Positions 16,680 through 23,099 of a stretch of DNA of 48,374 nucleotides are shown here, one piece after another. A model generated the notes under the pieces. The model had not been told where the DNA came from, did not search any database, and saw only the letters and a program-made list of their open reading frames with translations. Position numbers and translations under genes: made by a program. Positions within the stretch are counted from its first letter, which is position 1, and every line of letters begins with the position of its first letter. Source of the DNA: an uncultured Candidatus Saccharibacteria bacterium (GTDB taxonomy: Bacteria; Patescibacteriota; Minisyncoccia; Portnoybacterales; UBA2143); contig CAYTNU010000002.1 of assembly GCA_964439515.1 (NCBI GenBank), forward strand, positions 9,877-58,250. Reading direction: 5' to 3'.

Positions 16680-17648
16680 ATGATATTAATTTTGACGAAT
16701 AAAATGGATGCTCATACGGATATAGTCATTGAAAAATTACACAAACGCGGGCTGGATTTTTTCAGGTGGAATATAGAGGATTTTTTGACTGAACATGGTT
16801 TTGAAATAGAAATTGAAAACGGTTGTGTAAAAAATCTAATGTTATCGGCAGAAGACAGAAATATAGATTTAGTAAAAGATGTTTCTGTGGTATGGTATAG
16901 AAGACCCGGAAAATTAGTTATTTCAGAAGCAGTTAAAGATGAAGGGTATATAGAATTCGGGTTAAGAGAAGCAAAATTTCTGTTAAATAATGTTTGGAGA
17001 TTGTTAGAAGATAAAACTTGGATAAATAATCCTTTTGAAAACAGTCAGATTGACAACAAACTTTATCAACTTAGTTTGGCTGCGAAATTAGGATTGGAAA
17101 CTCCTCATAGTTTTGTGACTAACAAGAAAAAAGAGGCCTATAATTTTATAGAGAAATATGGTGATGTGGTTGTGAAAGCAATATCGGTAGGACATGTCAA
17201 TCAAGAAAGAGGATTTAAAAACATATATACTCATAAAATTGAGGCAGATGACTTGAGTAAATTGGATTCCGTTGAGTTAGCGCCGACACTATTTCAACTA
17301 AATGTCCCAAAACAAATTGAGTTAAGAATTACGGTTATAGAAGATAGTGTTTTTTCATGTGCTATTGAATCTCAAAAATCAGAAAAAAGCAAACAAGACT
17401 GGAGGAGATATGACTTTGAAAATGTTCCTCATTATCCCTATGAAGTGCCAGAAGAAATTGAGCAAAAATTGATTGAATTTCTTCGCGTTTCGGGTTTAAA
17501 ATATGGAGCATTTGATATGGTGCTAACACCTGATGATAGATATGTTTTTCTTGAATTAAATCCCAATGGGCAGTGGTATTGGATAGAACATTTAACAGGT
17601 TTAAAGATTACAGATAAGTTGATTGATTTATTCGCAAAATACTTATAA
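16680..17648 (+). CDS. RiPP ATP-grasp macrocyclase, MdnC/MvdD (microviridin/graspetide) type
   Basis: 322 aa with SD GGGAGGTG at 16665-16672. Blocks VSVVWYRR, LYQLSLAAKLGLETP, IELRITVIEDSVF, KQDWRRY and LKYGAFDMVLTPDDRYVFLELNPNGQWYWIE parallel MdnC/MvdD blocks as I recall them. Confidence 0.85.
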   Translation: MILILTNKMDAHTDIVIEKLHKRGLDFFRWNIEDFLTEHGFEIEIENGCVKNLMLSAEDRNIDLVKDVSVVWYRRPGKLVISEAVKDEGYIEFGLREAKFLLNNVWRLLEDKTWINNPFENSQIDNKLYQLSLAAKLGLETPHSFVTNKKKEAYNFIEKYGDVVVKAISVGHVNQERGFKNIYTHKIEADDLSKLDSVELAPTLFQLNVPKQIELRITVIEDSVFSCAIESQKSEKSKQDWRRYDFENVPHYPYEVPEEIEQKLIEFLRVSGLKYGAFDMVLTPDDRYVFLELNPNGQWYWIEHLTGLKITDKLIDLFAKYL

Positions 17649-17664
17649 AAAGGAGGTGAGGCAA

Positions 17665-17844
17665 ATGAATCAAATTCCTTTTGCGGCGCAGTTTGCGGAA
17701 GACGTTCCAGAAATAAACATGAGTGGTATATATGATCCTAAACTACAAATGTTTTTACCGGAAAGTAAATCTTTTGAAGCGGGGCATACTACGACAGAAA
17801 CGGCAACTGGTGGTTGGAATGATACCGATAGTGATGTCGATTAG
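17665..17844 (+). CDS. graspetide precursor peptide (59 aa; core ..HTTTETATGGWNDTDSDVD)
   Basis: ATG 17665 lies 5 nt after the SD AAGGAGGTGA (17650-17659) and 16 nt after the ATP-grasp stop. The leader has IPFAAQFAED (compare microviridin PFFARFL). The C-terminus is Thr-rich followed by Asp-rich. A terminator follows directly. Confidence 0.75.
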   Translation: MNQIPFAAQFAEDVPEINMSGIYDPKLQMFLPESKSFEAGHTTTETATGGWNDTDSDVD

Positions 17845-17869
17845 CTTGTTCTTTCGCATAACTGTAAAT

Positions 17870-17905
17870 ATTAGCCGCAATAAAAAAATTGCGGCTAATT
17901 TTTTA
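17870..17905 (+). terminator. rho-independent terminator after the precursor gene
   Basis: A perfect 12-bp stem, ATTAGCCGCAAT-AAAAAA-ATTGCGGCTAAT, followed by TTTTT. Confidence 0.85.
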
Positions 17906-17914
17906 ATAAATAAA

Positions 17915-18517
17915 ATGAAAAACAATAATCGTGTTAAAATTAATAATCTTTTAAATGAGCGTCGATATGGCGATGCTTTGTTGCTGTTGGAAAAAGGCAT
18001 CAAAGGGGAAAAGGATAACGATGAGTTATGTAGAAAATATGTTTTGTTAGGATGGCTTTATGATCAATGGGCTTTGAACGTTGAAAAACGAATAACCAAG
18101 AAATATCAAAAATTGGCGGAGAAATATTTTAATTTGGCTCTTGGATATAAAAAAACAAAATATGACGCTACGAGAGGATTGGCTACGGTTCTAATGCATC
18201 AGGAAAAATATGATTTGGCAATGATTTATTACAAAAAAGCCCATAGATTAAAGAAATCTTTTGATACTTACAATGATTTGGGAAATATTTATCAAAAGAT
18301 AAATAAACGCAAAACGGCAATTACTAATTACGAAAAGGCCTTTTGTTTGAGAAAGAACAAAGAGGAAGCGACTATCCCTTGTTTTAATATGATTGTGATT
18401 AGCAAGAAAGCGGGAGACAACGCGACGGAAAAGAAGTATACGGACATTTTAAAAAAACTTGCCAAAAAGTTTGGTTTGGCGAAAATGATGTTTGAAAGAT
18501 TAGATAAAGTGAAATAA
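17915..18517 (+). CDS. TPR-repeat protein (200 aa)
   Basis: Repeated TPR-like helices (YDLAMIYYKKAHRL, YNDLGNIYQKINKRKTAITNYEKAF, AEKYFNLALGY). The start is set at ATG 17915, because the track's longer ORF (17723) overlaps the precursor gene and the terminator. Confidence 0.65.
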   Translation: MKNNNRVKINNLLNERRYGDALLLLEKGIKGEKDNDELCRKYVLLGWLYDQWALNVEKRITKKYQKLAEKYFNLALGYKKTKYDATRGLATVLMHQEKYDLAMIYYKKAHRLKKSFDTYNDLGNIYQKINKRKTAITNYEKAFCLRKNKEEATIPCFNMIVISKKAGDNATEKKYTDILKKLAKKFGLAKMMFERLDKVK

Positions 18518-18570
18518 CATAAAGGACATAAAGGGGTCAGGATCCTTTTTATTAGGGATTTTTTAAGCAC

Positions 18571-18599
18571 TTGGCTTAATAAGAAAAAAATGATAAAAT
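18571..18599 (+). promoter_or_regulatory. possible promoter at the right island junction (TTGGCT-17 nt-TGaTAAAAT)
   Basis: TTGGCT at 18571-18576, a 17-nt spacer ending in TGA, then TAAAAT at 18594-18599. It lies just upstream of pilM and straddles the start of the right repeat copy. Confidence 0.3.
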
Positions 18600-18702
18600 T
18601 TAAATAACATGTTTCATTTTCCACAAAAAACATCTTTTGGATTAGATCTAAGTGATCTTTCTTTTAAAATTGTACAATTTAAAAAAAAGAAAGATGGTTT
18701 AT
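18596..18702 (+). repeat. right copy of the exact 107-bp direct repeat
   Basis: Identical to 16446-16552. Contains the start of the intact pilM. Confidence 0.9.
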
Positions 18703-19655
18703 GTCTGTCTAGTTTTATTAAACAAGATATTCCTAAAGGATTAGTTGAAGAAGGAGAGATAAAAAAAGAAAAAGAATTAATTGATATTTTAAAAAAAACT
18801 TTGATTAAAATGAAGGTAGGGAAGAGAGTGGTTTGTAATCTGCCAGAAGAAAAAGTTTTTATTCGAATTATTCAATTGCCGAAAATGAAAGAAAGCGAAT
18901 TAGAAAAAGCAATTAATTGGGAGGCTGAAGCCAATATTCCATTAGTTATTGATGAAGCATATTTAGGATGGCAAGTTATTGATCCAATTTTTGAACATAT
19001 TGATCATCTTGATATTTTGATCGCAGCTGCTCCTCGAACATTAGTAGATAATTATTTAAGTTTTTTAAGGAAAAGCGGACTTGAACCAATAGCATTAGAA
19101 CCAGAATCAGCTTCTATAATTAGAAGTATAATGACTAAAGATGATTTAACGCCAAGTATTATTGTTGACCTAGGGGCAGTGGGATCAAATTTTGTTATAT
19201 TTTCTGCTTTAGCAATACGCTTTACTTCTCATATAAAGATTTCTGGTCAACTTTTTAATAAAGCAATAATGAAAGAATTAAAAGTAAGTGAAAAAGAAGC
19301 TGATAAATTAAAAATTAATGTTGGATTAGATAAGAAAAAAGAAAAAGGAATGGTTTATAATGCATTAGAACCAATTATTGATGATTTAGCTAAGCAGATT
19401 AATGATTATATTGTCTTTTATCATGAACACGCTACTCATGTTCATGGTCCAGATGGAGCGATAGGACAGATAATTCTTTGTGGAGGTGATTCTTTATTAT
19501 TAAATCTACCTGAATTATTAAGTGAAAAATTAAAGTTACCAGTTAAAATGGGCAATTCTTTAATTAATGTTTCATCAAAAGGTATATCTCTTCCTAAGAA
19601 AGAATCTTTTACATACGCCACTGCAATAGGACTAGCCTTAAAAGAATTCTTATAA
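18609..19655 (+). CDS. pilM: type IV pilus assembly ATPase-fold protein PilM
   Basis: Actin/FtsA-like fold pattern (GLDLS.., ..DLGAVGSNF.., ..ILCGGDS..). It sits upstream of PilN/PilO-like genes. Confidence 0.85.
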   Translation: MFHFPQKTSFGLDLSDLSFKIVQFKKKKDGLCLSSFIKQDIPKGLVEEGEIKKEKELIDILKKTLIKMKVGKRVVCNLPEEKVFIRIIQLPKMKESELEKAINWEAEANIPLVIDEAYLGWQVIDPIFEHIDHLDILIAAAPRTLVDNYLSFLRKSGLEPIALEPESASIIRSIMTKDDLTPSIIVDLGAVGSNFVIFSALAIRFTSHIKISGQLFNKAIMKELKVSEKEADKLKINVGLDKKKEKGMVYNALEPIIDDLAKQINDYIVFYHEHATHVHGPDGAIGQIILCGGDSLLLNLPELLSEKLKLPVKMGNSLINVSSKGISLPKKESFTYATAIGLALKEFL

Positions 19656-19657
19656 TA

Positions 19658-20197
19658 ATGTTTAAACTTAATCTTTTACCACCAAAAGATAAAAAAAGAT
19701 TAGAATTAATTGATTTTAGCTATCTATTAGTTTATTTTGGTTTTCGATTAGTAATTGTTTTTATTATTTTTATTTTAATTTTAATTACTACTTATTTCTC
19801 TCTTTTTATTCTTGTTAATTCACAGGAAGGATTGATAGGGGTTAGACAAAGCAATGAAAATGCTCAATTACAAATGGAAATTGAAAAGAAAATAGAAGAA
19901 ACGAATAAAGATGCTAGACAATTATATGTTAAACAGAGTGAGATAATTGTTTGGACTCCTATTTTGGAAAAACTAAGTAAAATTACTCCTGATGGAATTT
20001 ATTTAACTAGTTTTTCTTATCTCTCAATTGACGATAAAGTTAATATAGTTGGATGGGCTGAAAATAGAGATAAGCTGTTATCTTTTAAAGATTCTTTAGA
20101 AGAAATCCCTTATTTTAAAGATGTATATGCGCCTTTAAGTAATTTAATTAAACAAACTGATATTAATTTTAATTTTACTCTTAAATCAATAGAATGA
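19658..20197 (+). CDS. pilN: type IV pilus assembly protein PilN-like
   Basis: N-terminal LNLLPPKDKKR motif, then one TM helix and a coiled coil. Confidence 0.75.
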   Translation: MFKLNLLPPKDKKRLELIDFSYLLVYFGFRLVIVFIIFILILITTYFSLFILVNSQEGLIGVRQSNENAQLQMEIEKKIEETNKDARQLYVKQSEIIVWTPILEKLSKITPDGIYLTSFSYLSIDDKVNIVGWAENRDKLLSFKDSLEEIPYFKDVYAPLSNLIKQTDINFNFTLKSIE

Positions 20198-20742
20198 ATT
20201 TTATTCAAAAAAAACTTATTGGTTCTATTATAATTGTTGTAATTGTCTTAGCTCTTATTATCTGGTTGGCTGTTTTACCATTAGTAGGAAAAATTAAATA
20301 TTTATCTCAAGAGTATTTATCTAATCAAGGAATTCTAGCTCAAATAGATCAAAAGGAATTTTTATTTAAAGATTTAGAAAAAGATTATCAAGAAATAGAA
20401 GATGAATTATTAATCATTAAAGGAGTTTTTCTTGAAAAAGAAAAAATAGTTAGTTTTATTCCTGATTTAGAATCTATTGCTAAATTTACTGGAAACATTT
20501 TTGAAATTACAACCGTTATGTCTTCTTCTGATGAAGAAGAAAATAGAGAAAAATTCCTTAGTCTAAATATTTCTCTTCGTGGTGATTTTAAAAATTTACT
20601 TCTTTTTCTATCTAATTTAGAAGATAGTCCCTATCCTCCTTATCGTTTATTGGAAATAGATAAATTATCAATTAATAGATTAGATGACGAAGAGGATTAT
20701 AGATTAGAAACTAATTTAAGAATTAAAGTTTATACAAAATGA
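20194..20742 (+). CDS. PilO-like pilus assembly protein
   Basis: N-terminal TM helix, coiled coil and C-terminal ferredoxin-like region. Its ATGA overlaps pilN. Assignment is by position and topology only. Confidence 0.55.
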   Translation: MNFIQKKLIGSIIIVVIVLALIIWLAVLPLVGKIKYLSQEYLSNQGILAQIDQKEFLFKDLEKDYQEIEDELLIIKGVFLEKEKIVSFIPDLESIAKFTGNIFEITTVMSSSDEEENREKFLSLNISLRGDFKNLLLFLSNLEDSPYPPYRLLEIDKLSINRLDDEEDYRLETNLRIKVYTK

Positions 20743-21020
20743 AAATAAAGATTAATTTATCATTAGAAAGAATATCTAGTTTTTTAAAAAAATATCATTT
20801 TTTTATTTTGGGTATAATTTTTATTTTATTACTCTGTTTTAATGCCTTTATATATTATCAATATGTTTATGTAGCAACGAATATGAACGTAGATCCAGTT
20901 GATGAGAGAATTGTTGTTGATGAAGATGTACTTAAAAAAGTTATTGAAAGTATAGATGAAAGAAAAGATAATTTAATAAGAGTTAAGACAGAAAGCTATT
21001 CTACTCCTTTTGATGATTGA
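20739..21020 (+). CDS. small membrane-anchored hypothetical protein in the pil cluster
   Basis: 93 aa with one TM helix. Its ATGA overlaps the PilO-like gene. Confidence 0.5.
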   Translation: MKIKINLSLERISSFLKKYHFFILGIIFILLLCFNAFIYYQYVYVATNMNVDPVDERIVVDEDVLKKVIESIDERKDNLIRVKTESYSTPFDD

Positions 21021-21052
21021 CTTTTAGTGATTTTTAAGTATAATTTTTATAT

Positions 21053-21125
21053 GCGCCTGTAGCTCAGTGGATAGAGCAACGGGTTTCTAACCCGTAGGCC
21101 GGGGGTTCGAGTCCCTCCAGGCGTA
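21053..21125 (+). tRNA. tRNA-Arg (anticodon TCT)
   Basis: Manual cloverleaf: acceptor GCGCCTG/CAGGCGT, D arm GCTC-AGTGGATA-GAGC, anticodon stem ACGGG/CCCGT with loop TTTCTAA, T arm GGGGG-TTCGAGT-CCCTC. No encoded CCA. Confidence 0.9.
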
Positions 21126-21132
21126 CTCGTAT

Positions 21133-21205
21133 GGTGCCTATAGCTCAATGGTTAGAGCTCTAGTTTGTGGAACTAGCGACGAGGGTTCGACTCCCTCTAG
21201 GCACC
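21133..21205 (+). tRNA. tRNA-His (anticodon GTG) with encoded G-1
   Basis: G-1 plus acceptor GTGCCTA/TAGGCAC plus discriminator C. The anticodon loop is TTGTGGA and the T loop is TTCGACT. Confidence 0.9.
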
Positions 21206-21223
21206 CAATCAATATATATTTAT

Positions 21224-22084
21224 ATGCAAGAAATTATATTAAAATTTATTAGTAATTTAACTCCATGGATTTTATCTCATGGTGTTAGAATTTTAATTAT
21301 TCTTATTATTGCTTCCCTTATATATAAATTCGGTGGAGCTTTAATTGATAAAATCATTAGAAAAGCAGTTGTTGCCAAAGGGTTTCTTACTCCAGAAGCA
21401 GAAAGAAAAAGAGAAGATACTTTAATTGTTGTTTTTGAAGGAACGTTAAAGGTGATCGTTTGGATATCGGTTATCTTAATGATTATTTCTGAGTTTGGTG
21501 TTAACATTGGACCTCTTTTAGCTGGTGCTGGAGTAATTGGATTAGCAGTTGGTTTTGGTGCACAATATATTATTAGAGATTTTTTTACTGGCCTCTTTAT
21601 TATTCTAGAGAACCAGTATAGAGTTGGTGACGTAGTTTGTATTGATACTATCTGTGGTACAGTAGAAGATATTAATTTAAGAATGACTGTTCTTAGAGAC
21701 ATTGATGGAGCAGTTCATCATATTCCAAATGGAGAAATTAAAATAGCAACGAATAAGACAAAAGGATTTGCTAGAATTAATTTAGTAATTGGTGTAGCAT
21801 ATGATACTGATATAGATAAAGTTAAAAATGTAATTAATAAAGTTGGTCAGGAGATAGCTAATGATCCTAAATGGAAAGATAAAATTTTTAAAGCTCCAGA
21901 ATTTATTAGAATTGATAACCTTGCTGATTCGTCAGTAGATATTAAAATATCAGGTGAAGTTAAGCCATTAGAACAATGGGATGTTTTAGGTGAGTTGCGC
22001 TATAGAATTAAAAATGCTTTTGATAAAAATGAAATTGAAATTCCTTTCCCACAAAGAGTGGTTAGACAAGTAAAAGAAAAATAA
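21224..22084 (+). CDS. mscS: small-conductance mechanosensitive channel (MscS family)
   Basis: AGAGVIGLAVGFGAQYIIRDFFTGLFIILENQYRVGDVV is the MscS pore-helix signature. The start is moved to ATG 21224, because the track start at 21167 lies inside tRNA-His. Confidence 0.85.
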   Translation: MQEIILKFISNLTPWILSHGVRILIILIIASLIYKFGGALIDKIIRKAVVAKGFLTPEAERKREDTLIVVFEGTLKVIVWISVILMIISEFGVNIGPLLAGAGVIGLAVGFGAQYIIRDFFTGLFIILENQYRVGDVVCIDTICGTVEDINLRMTVLRDIDGAVHHIPNGEIKIATNKTKGFARINLVIGVAYDTDIDKVKNVINKVGQEIANDPKWKDKIFKAPEFIRIDNLADSSVDIKISGEVKPLEQWDVLGELRYRIKNAFDKNEIEIPFPQRVVRQVKEK

Positions 22085-22097
22085 GATTTTTACAAGA

Positions 22098-22126
22098 TTG
22101 ACATTAGATTGTTAATCTGCTATTTT
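22098..22126 (+). promoter_or_regulatory. putative str-operon promoter (TTGACA-17 nt-TGcTATTTT)
   Basis: TTGACA at 22098-22103, a 17-nt spacer ending in an extended -10 TG, then TATTTT at 22121-22126. It sits 8 nt upstream of rpsL. Confidence 0.4.
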
Positions 22127-22133
22127 TTAAATC

Positions 22134-22619
22134 ATGCCTACGATTCAACAATTAGTTAGAAAGCCAAGAAAGATTGTAAAGAAAAAGCCTAAGACGCCAG
22201 CTCTTAGGCGGACTTTTAATTTAAAGAAAAATAGACCTGGTCAATCACGTTCTCCATTTAAAAGAGGAGTTTGTATAAAGGTATATACTGTAACGCCTAA
22301 AAAACCTAATTCAGCTTTACGTAAAGTAACTAGAGTTCGTTTAACTAATGGTATGGAAGTGATTGCATACATTCCTGGTGAAGGACATAATTTACAAGAA
22401 CATTCAGTCGTTTTAATTAGAGGCGGTCGTGTTAAGGACTTACCAGGAGTACGTTATCATGTTATTAGAGGAATTTTAGATACTCAAGGAGTAGAAGGTC
22501 GTAAACAAAAAAGAAGTCGTTATGGAACTAAAAGACCAAAAGATGGAAGCGTTAAATCTGAAGGAGGAGAAAGCGAAGCTCCTGCTGAAGCTCCAGCTGA
22601 AGAAAAAGCTGACGAATAA
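22134..22619 (+). CDS. rpsL: 30S ribosomal protein S12 (with N-terminal insertion and acidic C-terminal tail)
   Basis: [18 protein letters not shown] and [13 protein letters not shown] match S12. It carries an extra C-terminal tail, ..[20 protein letters not shown]. Confidence 0.95.
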   Translation: MPTIQQLVRKPRKIVKKKPKTPALRRTFNLKKNRPGQSRSPFKRGVCIKVYTVTPKKPNSALRKVTRVRLTNGMEVIAYIPGEGHNLQEHSVVLIRGGRVKDLPGVRYHVIRGILDTQGVEGRKQKRSRYGTKRPKDGSVKSEGGESEAPAEAPAEEKADE

Positions 22620-22624
22620 ATATT

Positions 22625-23095
22625 ATGAGAAAAAAAAGAAACATTAAAAGAGATATCGCACCAGATAATAAGTATGATAATACTTTAGTAGCAAAGTTTA
22701 TTAACCATCTAATGAGAGATGGTAAAAAATCAGTAGCTCAAAAGATTTTTTATAGTGCTTTTGATTCTATTGAAAAGAATAATAAAGGAAAAGATGTTTT
22801 AGAAGTTTTTGATTTAGCCATTAAGAATGCTTCTCCTTTTGTAGAGGTTCGTTCTAGAAGAATTGGTGGAGCTCGTTATCAGGTTCCGCGCGAAGTAAGA
22901 GGAGAACGAAAAATTGCTTTATCTATGAACTGGATTATTCAAGCAGCTAGATCTCAAAAAGGTAAACCAATGTATGAAAGATTGGCTAAGGAACTTTTAG
23001 ATGCTTCTAAAAATGAAGGAGTAGCTGTTAGAAAGAAAGAAGATACTCATAAGATCGCTGATGCTAATAAGGCTTTTGCGCATTTTGGTTGGTAG
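22625..23095 (+). CDS. rpsG: 30S ribosomal protein S7
   Basis: Matches [28 protein letters not shown].. and ends with ..AFAHFGW. Confidence 0.95.
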   Translation: MRKKRNIKRDIAPDNKYDNTLVAKFINHLMRDGKKSVAQKIFYSAFDSIEKNNKGKDVLEVFDLAIKNASPFVEVRSRRIGGARYQVPREVRGERKIALSMNWIIQAARSQKGKPMYERLAKELLDASKNEGVAVRKKEDTHKIADANKAFAHFGW

Positions 23096-23099
23096 ATTT

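Larger units (their letters stand above)
16553..18595 (+). other. inserted accessory segment (~2.04 kb) carrying a graspetide-type RiPP cluster
   Basis: It splits the otherwise contiguous RR-pilM junction and is bracketed by the 107-bp direct repeat. It has its own promoter, strong SDs and a terminator. No integrase or transposase ORF is visible. Confidence 0.75.

Noticed and set aside
17623-17664. Longer version of the precursor ORF (track start 17623, MIYSQNTYKKEVRQ-)
   Set aside because: It would overlap the last 26 nt of the ATP-grasp gene and place the consensus SD (17650-17659) inside the coding region. ATG 17665, 5 nt after that SD, is the far more plausible start.
17723-17914. N-terminal 64 codons of the 264-aa track ORF (17723-18517)
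   Set aside because: This part runs out of frame through the precursor gene and straight across the perfect terminator hairpin at 17870-17905. TPR-like sequence only begins after ATG 17915.
18518-18560. Terminator after the TPR gene (AAAGGA..16 nt..TCCTTT plus TT)
   Set aside because: It has only a 6-bp AT-rich stem with a large loop and a short T-run, which is not convincing by eye. It was not annotated.
16553-18595. Classifying the island as an IS, transposon or integrative element
   Set aside because: No transposase, integrase or recombinase ORF, no terminal inverted repeats and no tRNA attachment site are present. The 107-bp flanking duplication is far longer than transposition target-site duplications. 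It is therefore annotated only as an inserted segment.
21167-21223. Track start of the MscS ORF at 21167
   Set aside because: These codons lie within tRNA-His (21133-21205). ATG 21224 gives a normal MscS N-terminus.
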